Shown: piece by piece, positions 45,943 through 55,015 of the stretch
Numbering within the stretch: the first letter of the stretch is position 1
Layout of the letters: every line of letters begins with the position of its first letter
Source: an uncultured Verrucomicrobiota bacterium
GTDB lineage: Bacteria > Verrucomicrobiota > Verrucomicrobiia > Limisphaerales > JAYPEY01
Reading direction: 5' to 3'
Assembly (NCBI GenBank): GCA_964519245.1
Contig: CAZFLK010000010.1
Span: 2,612 to 66,611 of the forward strand
DNA: 64,000 nt
Position numbers and translations under genes: made by a program
Notes under the pieces: model-generated
The model's database searches: none
Told to the model about the DNA's origin: nothing
The model's input: the letters and a program-made list of their open reading frames with translations, nothing else

Positions 45943-47334
45943 ATGAGAATCTTTCCCGCCCTTCTTTTGTTCGCCGCTTCCGCGGCCTTCGCCGCGCCGA
46001 TCCATTCCACGCTCGATCAGATTCCGGATCTGAAGACGATGCCTGACTCGACGGCGACGTTGCAGTCGATGATCGACAACACCGACGGCAACCTGAAGCT
46101 CGGCGACCGCAACACCTACCGGATCACCCGGCCGCTCGTCGTCGATCTTGCCAAACACAAGGCGGTCAAAGTCTTCTCCGAGGGCGGCGCGACGATCGTC
46201 ATGGACGGACCCGGGCCGGCGATCCGGATCCAAGGGTCACACGAGGGAACCGCCGGCCCCAAAACCTTCAAGGCGGCCACCTGGAACGAGAACATGCCGA
46301 TTGTCAGCGGCATTGAGATCCTGGGCAATCATCCCGAAGCGGACGGCATCGAACTTTTCCAGACCGTGGGCGCGATTGTGAGCCGGGTCTCCATCCGCTG
46401 GGCGCGCCACGGCGTCCACCTGGTCACCCGCAACCGCAACGTGCTCATCTCCGATTGCCACTTCTACGAAAACCAGGGCGTCGGCGTCTACCTGGACGAT
46501 GTCAACCTCCACCAGATCAACGTGGCCAACTCGCACATCTCCTACAATCGACAGGGAGGCATCGTGGTGCGCGACGGAAACGTGCGAAACCTCCAGGTCT
46601 CCGGTTGCGACATCGAGGCCAACATGCCCGGCGACGAAACCCCGACCCGGACCGCCAACATCCTGATCGATGTCTCCGGCTCACCCGACACCCGCGCCAA
46701 ATCCATCGCCGAAATCTCGATCACCGGCTGCACGATCCAACACTCTGCCAACTATGGCGGCCAGGAGGGCAAGACCGTCGCGCCCGGCGGCGCCAACATC
46801 CGACTCGCCGGCAAGGCAATCTACCCCATCGATTCGGTCACCATCTCAGGCAATGTGCTGAGCGACACCACCACCAACATCGACATCATGCACGCCATGG
46901 ACGTCGCCATCTCAGCCAACAATTTCTTCGCGCCCAAGCCGAACAACCTCCGCGTGACTCACTCGGCCCGCGTGGTCGTGACAGGCAACACCTTCAACCC
47001 GCGACAATTCGAACGCCCGGGAACGATCCTCTTTCAGGACAGCGTCGACTGCGTCATCGCCAACTCGACCCTGCACAAGTTCTCCACGCCCGACGGCGGG
47101 TTGATCCTGGAGCGCTGTTCCGGCTTTTCGCTCAACGGCCTGCTCATGAGCGACTGCGGTTCCGGCATCGTGCTCCGCAGGACCAGCGACACCAGCATCT
47201 CCAACTGCCGGGTCAACCGGACCGCCAACGGGGCCCTGGACCTCATGATCGGCGGGTCGAACAAGAACATCATGCTGAGCGGAAACGTCTTTACGGGACC
47301 AACCAAGGTCGAGAAGTCGACGTTGAAAAAGTAG
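45943..47334 (+). CDS. Secreted right-handed parallel beta-helix repeat protein (pectate-lyase-fold)
   Basis: The signal peptide starts at the ATG at 45943 (MRIFPALLLFAASAAFAAP). Repeated PbH1-like turns: NVLISDCHFYENQGVGVYL, NSHISYNRQGGIVV, VSGCDIEAN, ITGCTIQHS, ISGNVLSD, VTGNTFN. Confidence 0.75.
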   Translation: MRIFPALLLFAASAAFAAPIHSTLDQIPDLKTMPDSTATLQSMIDNTDGNLKLGDRNTYRITRPLVVDLAKHKAVKVFSEGGATIVMDGPGPAIRIQGSHEGTAGPKTFKAATWNENMPIVSGIEILGNHPEADGIELFQTVGAIVSRVSIRWARHGVHLVTRNRNVLISDCHFYENQGVGVYLDDVNLHQINVANSHISYNRQGGIVVRDGNVRNLQVSGCDIEANMPGDETPTRTANILIDVSGSPDTRAKSIAEISITGCTIQHSANYGGQEGKTVAPGGANIRLAGKAIYPIDSVTISGNVLSDTTTNIDIMHAMDVAISANNFFAPKPNNLRVTHSARVVVTGNTFNPRQFERPGTILFQDSVDCVIANSTLHKFSTPDGGLILERCSGFSLNGLLMSDCGSGIVLRRTSDTSISNCRVNRTANGALDLMIGGSNKNIMLSGNVFTGPTKVEKSTLKK

Positions 47335-47341
47335 CGCCGAC

Positions 47342-48295
47342 CTACGCCAGCAGATACCCGAACTGGTCCTTCGCCGCCTCGCGCTTCTTCTCATCCTCCA
47401 CGAAGCGCAACAGCGTGTGGAAGCCATAGAGCGTCTTGATCCGGTGAGTGAGCCAGGCTCCCCATTGCTTGGATTTCGTGCGCTTCCAATACGCGGGCTG
47501 GAACGGATCTTCCGCGGTGTGCTCCAACTCCCCCAACTCCTCTGTCAAAATGGGCAAGGCGCGGTAAAGCCGAAGGTGCTGACGATGGGCCGCCAGACCT
47601 TTTCGCGCCAGCGCTTCAAAGCCCAGGCGATCCAACTCGGTCAACGCCGCGGCGTGGTTCGTCAGATGAAACAGGCCGCCGAATCCCTGCCGGCGCTCCG
47701 ACGCCGTCGCAATCATCTGATCGATCATCACTTCCGCCATGTCGTTCAGCGACTTGTAGACCGGGGTCGATTCCGCATCGGCCAGCGGCGCCTGATTGCC
47801 GCTCTTCCAGCCCACGCTCTTGCCATAGTAGCCGCGGCCCGGATGCTGATTGTCAAACGCCCGAATCAACTTCTCAATGCCGGACACAAGCTTCGGCGTC
47901 GCATGGTCGGGATGCTCCTTCAACGCCCGCAACGCAATCGAGGCGAAGATGACATTGTGGCCGGATTGCCGCGCCTTGGAAACGTTGTTCGCCAGGGCGT
48001 CGGCGATCGACTCGATCGATTCCGGCCGGGCCTTCTCTTCGGGCAGCGCCTGAAACAACTCACTGGCGGTGATGCCGGCCTTCTTGGGATTGAACCAGAT
48101 GGATTCCTCGCCGCCGGTGATGCGGTCGAGGTCCCGCTCAATGCCCGCCACCACGCCGTCGGGCAGGTCCGCGTGATCCTCGCCAATGAAATAACCCGCA
48201 ACGACCGCGGCTCCCAAGTGCCCGGCCATGGAGCTGGCCTTGGGGGAATTGGCCATCCCGCACAGGCCACGATAGAGATATTCAAAATCGACCAT
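47342..48295 (-). CDS. Hypothetical protein (all-helical, no confident family)
   Basis: 317-aa ORF with high GC3. It lies downstream of and co-directional with NnrS (62-nt gap). No diagnostic motif recognised. Confidence 0.6.
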   Translation of the reverse strand: MVDFEYLYRGLCGMANSPKASSMAGHLGAAVVAGYFIGEDHADLPDGVVAGIERDLDRITGGEESIWFNPKKAGITASELFQALPEEKARPESIESIADALANNVSKARQSGHNVIFASIALRALKEHPDHATPKLVSGIEKLIRAFDNQHPGRGYYGKSVGWKSGNQAPLADAESTPVYKSLNDMAEVMIDQMIATASERRQGFGGLFHLTNHAAALTELDRLGFEALARKGLAAHRQHLRLYRALPILTEELGELEHTAEDPFQPAYWKRTKSKQWGAWLTHRIKTLYGFHTLLRFVEDEKKREAAKDQFGYLLA

Positions 48296-48357
48296 GTCTC
48301 AGCAACCTACGCCTCCCGCCACGATTAGCCAAGCCCGAGAACCGGCCCTTCCACTTC

Positions 48358-49599
48358 TCAAGGATCCGGATCCGGGACGAGAACATTCGGGATCACCTTC
48401 CAAGCCCAGACCAACAGGCCTATGCCCCAGCAGAGCGCGCCATAATTGTAGTGGGTGATCAGGATCTTGGGAATGAAGTCGCCGATCATCCGCGACGTCA
48501 CACCGAACAACAGCATCACAATCGCGATGACGAACCACCCCTTCTTGGCCAACAGGATGTCGTTGCGCCCCGCGTGCCGCAACACGATGCGGCTGGCAAT
48601 GGACAACGTCACCAGGCCCAGGCCGCCCGCCAGCGACAAGTGCAGCCACGCGATCCGCCAAGCCGGAAACAAGGTCAATGTCAGGTAACCCAGCGGAATG
48701 GAGAGCAATCCGAACTTGATGCCGAACACGATCGCGTCGCGCTTCAGCGGACGCCAGATCCCGGGCACCAGAAAGAAGATGTATCCCCCGATCGCGACGA
48801 ACCGGATGGCGTAGGCCGGCCGGAACTGACCGCCCGCTTCCAGAAAGAACGAGCCGATGATCGCGCCCGCCGCCGCCAGCAAGATCCAAACGCGCCGCCA
48901 CCAACCCGGTTGCGGGTCGCGCGATTCCGGAAAGTCATCGTGACAGGGAAGTTTGAGAAAGCGCGGCAGGAGAAAGCCGCCGACCCCCATCAACGGCAGA
49001 AGCTGGAATCCCTGAAACGCGATCAAGGGACGCAACTGCAGCCAGAAGAAATCCACCTCGCCCCGGGATTCCAGGATCGTGATCACTGCGCCGCCCGCCG
49101 CGCAGACAAACGCGAAAGGCATCAGGACAAACCCCGGCGGAGGCAGGTCGTCCCGCAAAATGAAATGCCGTAGTCCGATTCCGAACAGACTGACCAGCCA
49201 AACGATCAGGACCATCTCGCCCGCGACCACCTTACCCGCCAACAGACAGCCCGCCACGCCCCAGTAAAGCCCGAAGAGCAGAAACAACTCGGGAGCGCGC
49301 AGCGGCCGCGCCGAAAGCAACCGCGGCCCCGCCGTCCCCAGGAACCCGGCAATGAAACCGCCGAAGAAACCGAACGCCATCAACCGCGAATGCGTCATGC
49401 CCGGATACATCGCCAGGTGGCCGCCGAAGTGCAATGGCCACTGCGCACCCCCCAGCAACCCCACCAGAACCGCCGAGGGAAAGAACAAGCGATACGGCTC
49501 CTGACACAGGTCATCCAGTCTGAGCTTGCGGCGAGGCGCCTTTGCATCGCCCTCCCCGCGGGATTTGGCGTGACGACAACGGGGTTGAGACTTGGCCAT
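48358..49599 (-). CDS. NnrS-family haem/copper membrane protein (NO-stress associated family)
   Basis: 413 aa, about 12 TM. N-terminal EPYRLFFPSAVLVGLLGGAQWPL..., HSRLMAFGFFGGFIAGFLGTAGPRL are typical NnrS blocks. Confidence 0.78.
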   Translation of the reverse strand: MAKSQPRCRHAKSRGEGDAKAPRRKLRLDDLCQEPYRLFFPSAVLVGLLGGAQWPLHFGGHLAMYPGMTHSRLMAFGFFGGFIAGFLGTAGPRLLSARPLRAPELFLLFGLYWGVAGCLLAGKVVAGEMVLIVWLVSLFGIGLRHFILRDDLPPPGFVLMPFAFVCAAGGAVITILESRGEVDFFWLQLRPLIAFQGFQLLPLMGVGGFLLPRFLKLPCHDDFPESRDPQPGWWRRVWILLAAAGAIIGSFFLEAGGQFRPAYAIRFVAIGGYIFFLVPGIWRPLKRDAIVFGIKFGLLSIPLGYLTLTLFPAWRIAWLHLSLAGGLGLVTLSIASRIVLRHAGRNDILLAKKGWFVIAIVMLLFGVTSRMIGDFIPKILITHYNYGALCWGIGLLVWAWKVIPNVLVPDPDP

Positions 49600-49612
49600 G
49601 ATCGATGACGGG

Positions 49613-50524
49613 CTAATTCCTTTGTCGTTGGTGGCAGGCCGCGCAGGAGCGCTTCAGTTCGTCTCCCAGCGCCGCCGCCTGTTCAAGTCGCCCGTCGCCG
49701 AGCGCCCGCCCCAAAGCCCTTGCGTTAGCTTCCGCCTGGTTCAAACCGGACCGCAGCGACGGCTCCCCATCAGCCCCCAACGCGCGAACCGACTCACGGA
49801 ACCCTTCCTCAAGCAGCAACGCCTCACGGGCCGCGGTGATATCCGGATGTCCCGCCAACGGCTTCCAGCCATTGCGACGCAGGCTGTTCAACCGGTCCCA
49901 GGCGCGGTCCAAGCCGGCCATCGCCGCCGTCAGAGAATCCACCTCCGCGACCGGGACCAATTCAGGCAAGAGCTCCTGCGCCAACGGCTGACGGAAGCCC
50001 TTCACATCACGCCACAAGCCGACATAGTCGCGGCTTGTGCCGGCGTCCGCCAGGTAGTCGATCGCTTGGGAACGACTCATCGCTTTTCCCGCCATGCAAA
50101 CAATGGCCGCCGCCGCCGGAGCCCGATGCCGCCCGTGGTGACAATGGATGTAAACCGTCCCATCCGCCTCCAGCGCGACCCGCGCCAATTGTCGCCGCGC
50201 CGCCTCAGGAATTCCATCATAGCCAATGGGGATATGAACATACCGCAAGCCCTCGCTCCGCGCGCCGATCACATCCGGCCGGGCGCCATCGACGCTGACC
50301 ACCATGCTCACCCCCATGGCCCGCAAACGCCGAAACGCCTCCCCACCAGCAGGCGCGCCCCCAGACCAGACGCCCGCAACCGCCCGCCTCAGATTCGGCA
50401 GCGGATCCCCGGCCGAAGCGACCTCGACCGCGGATTCCGATGCCGTTCGGCAACCGAACGCCAGGAACAGGCAGAACATCGCCAGCGCCACTGCCAGCGA
50501 TCGCCAAATGACCGAAGAAAACAT
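49613..50524 (-). CDS. Lipoprotein fusing a CX5R phosphatase-like (DSP/PTP-like) domain to a C-terminal helical CxxCH (class-II cytochrome c-like) domain
   Basis: The ATG at 50524 gives MFSSVIWRSLAVALAMFCLFLAFGC (lipobox-like). P-loop VYIHCHHGRHRAPAAA (C-X5-R). The helical C-terminal ~130 aa end in ...LKRSCAACHQRQRN. The ORF track's TTG start at 50557 is less likely. Confidence 0.65.
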   Translation of the reverse strand: MFSSVIWRSLAVALAMFCLFLAFGCRTASESAVEVASAGDPLPNLRRAVAGVWSGGAPAGGEAFRRLRAMGVSMVVSVDGARPDVIGARSEGLRYVHIPIGYDGIPEAARRQLARVALEADGTVYIHCHHGRHRAPAAAAIVCMAGKAMSRSQAIDYLADAGTSRDYVGLWRDVKGFRQPLAQELLPELVPVAEVDSLTAAMAGLDRAWDRLNSLRRNGWKPLAGHPDITAAREALLLEEGFRESVRALGADGEPSLRSGLNQAEANARALGRALGDGRLEQAAALGDELKRSCAACHQRQRN

Positions 50525-50683
50525 CCGGGGCAGTATCAACAGCGTTGCCCGGACCAATCCAACATTTTCTGCGTGTCAGCGGACAGCTCCCCGAACAGAC
50601 TTGCCGCAACCGCAATCCGCGGCGAGTCTTGAACGCCACGTCGCTCCGGTCCGATCGGGACTGCCGACACAAAGAATCACCCC

Positions 50684-51328
50684 GTGTACTCCGAAGTTCA
50701 TGCCACCGTGGGTTGGTTGCTCGCGCAACCGGTCGACGCGGATCGAAACTTCCGCGCATCGGTCACGCTCGCGGGACTCGCTCCCGATCTGGACGCGGCG
50801 ACCTACCTGCTCGGACCCAACTGGTTCTCCCGCTACCACCACGTCTGGACGCACAATCTGTTTTTCGGGTTGGCGGTGTCCTGCATCGCAGCCAGCTGTT
50901 CCCGCGAGCGAAGAACCCGGACCTTTCTCTTCACCCAACTCGCGTTCTGGGCCCACTATTTCGGAGACTATTTCTTTTCCAGAATGCCCATCGCCGCATT
51001 CTGGCCGTTGTCGGACGCCAAGTTCGGCTACGTCGGCGCGCTGGCCTTGTGGCATCCTTTCAATCACCTTCTGGTCTGGGTGAGCCTGGTCGCACTGGCG
51101 CTGGTTGCGCTGCGCTTGAAACGAACGCCGCTGGAAATCCTCTCGCCGAACCTCGACGCGCGTTTCGTGAACTTCTTCTTCCGACGCCGCGACACCCCTT
51201 GCGGCGATTGCGGCAAGTTGGGCAACGAAACCTGCGCAACGTGTGGCAAGCCAGTCTGCGGGAACCATGCCGCAATGGGCGAGGGATTCGAAGCAGTGTG
51301 CGTGGATTGCAAGGGAACGCGCGACTAA
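50684..51328 (+). CDS. DUF457/YdjM-type membrane-bound metal-dependent hydrolase with C-terminal zinc-ribbon
   Basis: HATVGWLLA..., LAPDLDA..., HHVWTHNLFFGL are DUF457-like His blocks. The C-terminus has CGDCGKLGNETCATCGKPVCGNH...CVDCKG (4 CxxC pairs). GTG start. Confidence 0.7.
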   Translation: MYSEVHATVGWLLAQPVDADRNFRASVTLAGLAPDLDAATYLLGPNWFSRYHHVWTHNLFFGLAVSCIAASCSRERRTRTFLFTQLAFWAHYFGDYFFSRMPIAAFWPLSDAKFGYVGALALWHPFNHLLVWVSLVALALVALRLKRTPLEILSPNLDARFVNFFFRRRDTPCGDCGKLGNETCATCGKPVCGNHAAMGEGFEAVCVDCKGTRD

Positions 51329-51373
51329 TTCCCGACTCGCAAATCCGAGGCAATTGGCCAGACTGCGGGCTCC

Positions 51374-53548
51374 ATGAAACGAACCGTCCTGCTCACGCTC
51401 TGCCTTGCGCCGTTGCTTTCGTTCGCCGCCCGCCTGCAAGGCGCGGAGACGCCGCCCCCCAACATCATCTTCATGATGGCCGACGACATGGGCATGGGCG
51501 ACACCAGCGCCTACCAGGACTTCACCGGCAATGCGGACAATGTCCAACTCCGCACGCCCAACCTGGAGCGACTTGCGAGCATGGGTGTGCGATTTACCGA
51601 CGCCCACACCTCCTCCTCGCGCTGCACGCCGACGCGCTATGGCCTCCTGACCGGCCGTTACCCCTGGCGTAGCCGCATGAAATGGTGGGTGCTGTTCGGC
51701 TCGCAGGGCGATCCGATGATCGAGGCCGACCGCCCGACGATCGCCACGATGCTGCGCGACAATGGTTACCGAACCGCCCTGTTCGGCAAGTGGCACGTCG
51801 GCCTGCGCTACCGGCAGACCACCGACTCCCCGGCCGCCGGCTGGGAGGACGCGGACCTGACGCAACCCCTGCATACAACGCCTCTGGATCACGGATTCGA
51901 CATCGCGATGTTCACCTCCCGCTCCCACGGAACCTCCGGCCCGGACGCCGGCGCCCAACCGAATCAAGGCAAGAAAAGCAGGGGCAAGGCCAACGGTCCG
52001 AAGCAAAATGTCGGCCCGGGGCATATCCACGGCCGCGCGGCCATCGGCGCCACAAAGAACGGAAAACAACTGGTCGCCAAGGGGCCGAACGCCTACGTGC
52101 TGACCGAGTTGGGCGGAAGACACTCCGACCACGCCGTCCAGTTTCTCGAGGATCATACGAGCGGCGCCTCAACCCGCGACAAGCCCTTCTTCGTCTACTA
52201 CCCCGCCAACGCCAATCACGGGCCCTACACGCCTGACGACGAGATCGCCGGTCAACCGGTCAAGGGGGCGGCGCGCACCGTCGCCGGAACGCCGATGGAT
52301 GCCCGCCACGACTACATCTACGAGAATGACGTCGCGCTCGGACGCCTGCTGGACTGGCTGGCGGCCAACGAAGACCCGCGCCGCCCGGGGCACAAATTGC
52401 TCGCCAACACCCTCGTGATTTTCACCAGCGACAACGGCGCCGAGAAGAACAGCGACCTTGCCACCGGCCCCTTCCGCAGCCACAAGGGCAGTTGCTATGA
52501 GGGAGGACATCGCGTGCCCTTCATCGCCGCCTGGCCCGCCGGCAAGGTCGGCGATGGCAGCGCCAACACCCCCGGGCAAACCAACGCCTCGCCGCTGGGT
52601 TTGCAGGACATGTACGCAACCTTCGCTGAGATGGTCGGCGCGCGACTGCCGGATCTCCGCGCCGGACAGAAGGGAGCGGAGGACAGCGTCAGCGTTCTGG
52701 CGGCCTTCCGGGGAGAACGGATCTCCAAGCGCCCTCCCCTGTTCTTCAACGATCACAAGGAAAAGAAGGACGACCCCGCCGCCGCAGCCATGCGACTGGA
52801 CTCGCCAACCGTCGACGGCCGGGTCTTCAAGGGACAATGGAAAGTCTTCTATGACGCCTCCTTGCTGCGAGCAGGAAAGGCCGCTCCCTACGAACTCTTC
52901 GATCTCGCGGCCGACCAATGGGAGAAGGAAAACCTCATCGAGCATCCAGAGCTGCAACCGCTGATCAAACACCTCAATCAGCAGGCCCTGCTGCATCGCA
53001 ACGCAGGCGGCCACCGCATGGTCGCATTCGCCGGAACCAAGAGTGCGACCTTCGATTGGCGCGAAGGCGGCCCCTTGCATGATATCGTCAAGCAACAGAC
53101 CGGTCGGAGCGACATCCGTATGCGCGGATCCCTGAGCGGCGAGACGATCCACATGACGATCGACGCCCTGGGACCGAAGGGCGCGACCAAGACCGCGACA
53201 ATCAGCCCCAACTTTCGCGGGATAGGCATCAGCGGCGGAACGTTTGAACAGGTCGATGACGGCGAGGCCTTCACCGTCCGCTTCGACCGCGATGTGATCG
53301 TGGACAACGTCGCCATCGTCGCCGGCAACGGCGTCTGCGGCGGATTCTACCAGGTCGGCGACAACGCCCCGCTCGCAATCTACTGCGTGGATGCCGACAA
53401 CGACGCCAAGACCCAAGAAGGCGTCATCAGCGATATCGGCTTGCTCCGGGCCGGGGAACGACTGCGCCTGGACAGCTCCCCGCATCTCGGGGTCGAGGCG
53501 GCCGGCCGCTGGCGATTGGGAGCGATCACGTTCCGTGCCGCCCGGTAG
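51374..53548 (+). CDS. Sulfatase (formylglycine-dependent) with ~220-aa C-terminal extension
   Basis: Signal peptide, NIIFMMADDMGMGD, SSRCTPTRYGLLTGRY (C-x-P-x-R), GKWHVG, FTSDNG. The extra C-terminal domain belongs to no recognised family. Confidence 0.9.
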   Translation: MKRTVLLTLCLAPLLSFAARLQGAETPPPNIIFMMADDMGMGDTSAYQDFTGNADNVQLRTPNLERLASMGVRFTDAHTSSSRCTPTRYGLLTGRYPWRSRMKWWVLFGSQGDPMIEADRPTIATMLRDNGYRTALFGKWHVGLRYRQTTDSPAAGWEDADLTQPLHTTPLDHGFDIAMFTSRSHGTSGPDAGAQPNQGKKSRGKANGPKQNVGPGHIHGRAAIGATKNGKQLVAKGPNAYVLTELGGRHSDHAVQFLEDHTSGASTRDKPFFVYYPANANHGPYTPDDEIAGQPVKGAARTVAGTPMDARHDYIYENDVALGRLLDWLAANEDPRRPGHKLLANTLVIFTSDNGAEKNSDLATGPFRSHKGSCYEGGHRVPFIAAWPAGKVGDGSANTPGQTNASPLGLQDMYATFAEMVGARLPDLRAGQKGAEDSVSVLAAFRGERISKRPPLFFNDHKEKKDDPAAAAMRLDSPTVDGRVFKGQWKVFYDASLLRAGKAAPYELFDLAADQWEKENLIEHPELQPLIKHLNQQALLHRNAGGHRMVAFAGTKSATFDWREGGPLHDIVKQQTGRSDIRMRGSLSGETIHMTIDALGPKGATKTATISPNFRGIGISGGTFEQVDDGEAFTVRFDRDVIVDNVAIVAGNGVCGGFYQVGDNAPLAIYCVDADNDAKTQEGVISDIGLLRAGERLRLDSSPHLGVEAAGRWRLGAITFRAAR

Positions 53549-53572
53549 CGACGGCGACCGTCCCTGACAACC

Positions 53573-55009
53573 ATGAATCCGGCAATGAACGAATCGAACC
53601 GCCCCAACATCCTCTGGCTCTGCACCGACCAACAGCGTTACGACACCATCAAGGCGCTGGGCAACAAGCTGGCGCGCACGCCGAACATCGACGGCCTGAT
53701 GGCCGACGGCGTGACCTTCAAGCGAGCCTACTGCCAAAGCCCGGTTTGCACGCCGAGCCGGGCGTCCTTCCTCACCGGACGCTACCCGCGCACGACCCGT
53801 TGCCGGCAGAACGGACAGAAGATCCCGGACGACGAACGGCTGATCAGCCGGCTCCTCGCCGACGCCGGCTACACCTGCGGCCTCGCCGGCAAACTGCACC
53901 TCGCCTCCTGCGCCAACAATCGCGTGGAGGAACGCATCGACGACGGTTACTCGACCTTTCACTGGTCGCATCATCCACAGCCCGACTGGCCCGAGAACGC
54001 CTACACCCGGTGGTTGGCCAGCAAGGGCAAGACCTGGGAAGAATTGAACCGGAATGAGGGCTCCGCCTACGTGAAACCCGGCCCGCCCGCGGAGTTCCAC
54101 CAGACCACCTGGTGCGCCGAGATGGCAATCGACTTCCTACAAGAAAACAAGGGACGCCCCTGGATGTTCAGCTTCAACTGCTTCGATCCGCACCACCCCT
54201 TCGACCCGCCCAAAGAGTATCTCGATCGCTACGATCCGGCCGAGATGCCCCTGCCCAAATACCGCGAGGGCGAACTCGACAACAAGCCCAGCTTCCAACG
54301 TCTCGACCACGCGTGGGCGCACAACGAACCCGGCTATTTCCATGTCGCGGGCATGAGCGACGACGACAAACGCCAAGTGACCGCGGCCAATCATGCCATG
54401 TGCGAACTGATCGACGACCAGGTCGGGCGGATTCTCAGGGCCCTGGAGGATTCCGGCCAGCGCGACAACACCATCGTCATCTTCATGTCCGATCACGGTG
54501 AGATGCTCGGCGACCACGGACTCTACCTGAAGGGGCCGCACTTCTACGAGGAGGCCGTGCACGTGCCGCTGGTGATGTCCTGGCCTGGCCGGTTCGAATC
54601 CGGCTTGGCGGTCGACGGCCTGGTGGAACTGATCGACATCGCGCCAACCTTGATGGAGTGCGCCGGATTGGACGTTCCCGATCGCATGCAGGGAAGCTCA
54701 TTGGCGAAAGTTTGCCAAGGCCAAGCCCCCCCGGATCGGTTCCGAAATTTCGTCTACAGCGAGTACTACAACGCCTGGACCCATCACGAGGCCTACGGCT
54801 CCATGCTGCGGACGAATGATGAGAAGATCGTCGTCTACCACGGAACGGACCAGGGCGAACTCTACGACCTGAGGTCCGACCAGGACGAATTCATCAACCT
54901 CTGGGACGCGCCGGACCACCGCGAACAGAAACTGCGCCTGATGAAGATGTGCTTCGACGCGAGCGTCCTCAGCATGGATCCGCACCCCCCGCGAATGGGG
55001 CCCTTCTGA
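53573..55009 (+). CDS. Sulfatase (arylsulfatase A family)
   Basis: PNILWLCTDQQR, SPVCTPSRASFLTGRY (C-x-P-x-R), GKLHL, FMSDHGEMLGDHG. No obvious signal peptide. Confidence 0.92.
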   Translation: MNPAMNESNRPNILWLCTDQQRYDTIKALGNKLARTPNIDGLMADGVTFKRAYCQSPVCTPSRASFLTGRYPRTTRCRQNGQKIPDDERLISRLLADAGYTCGLAGKLHLASCANNRVEERIDDGYSTFHWSHHPQPDWPENAYTRWLASKGKTWEELNRNEGSAYVKPGPPAEFHQTTWCAEMAIDFLQENKGRPWMFSFNCFDPHHPFDPPKEYLDRYDPAEMPLPKYREGELDNKPSFQRLDHAWAHNEPGYFHVAGMSDDDKRQVTAANHAMCELIDDQVGRILRALEDSGQRDNTIVIFMSDHGEMLGDHGLYLKGPHFYEEAVHVPLVMSWPGRFESGLAVDGLVELIDIAPTLMECAGLDVPDRMQGSSLAKVCQGQAPPDRFRNFVYSEYYNAWTHHEAYGSMLRTNDEKIVVYHGTDQGELYDLRSDQDEFINLWDAPDHREQKLRLMKMCFDASVLSMDPHPPRMGPF

Positions 55010-55015
55010 GAGCTC

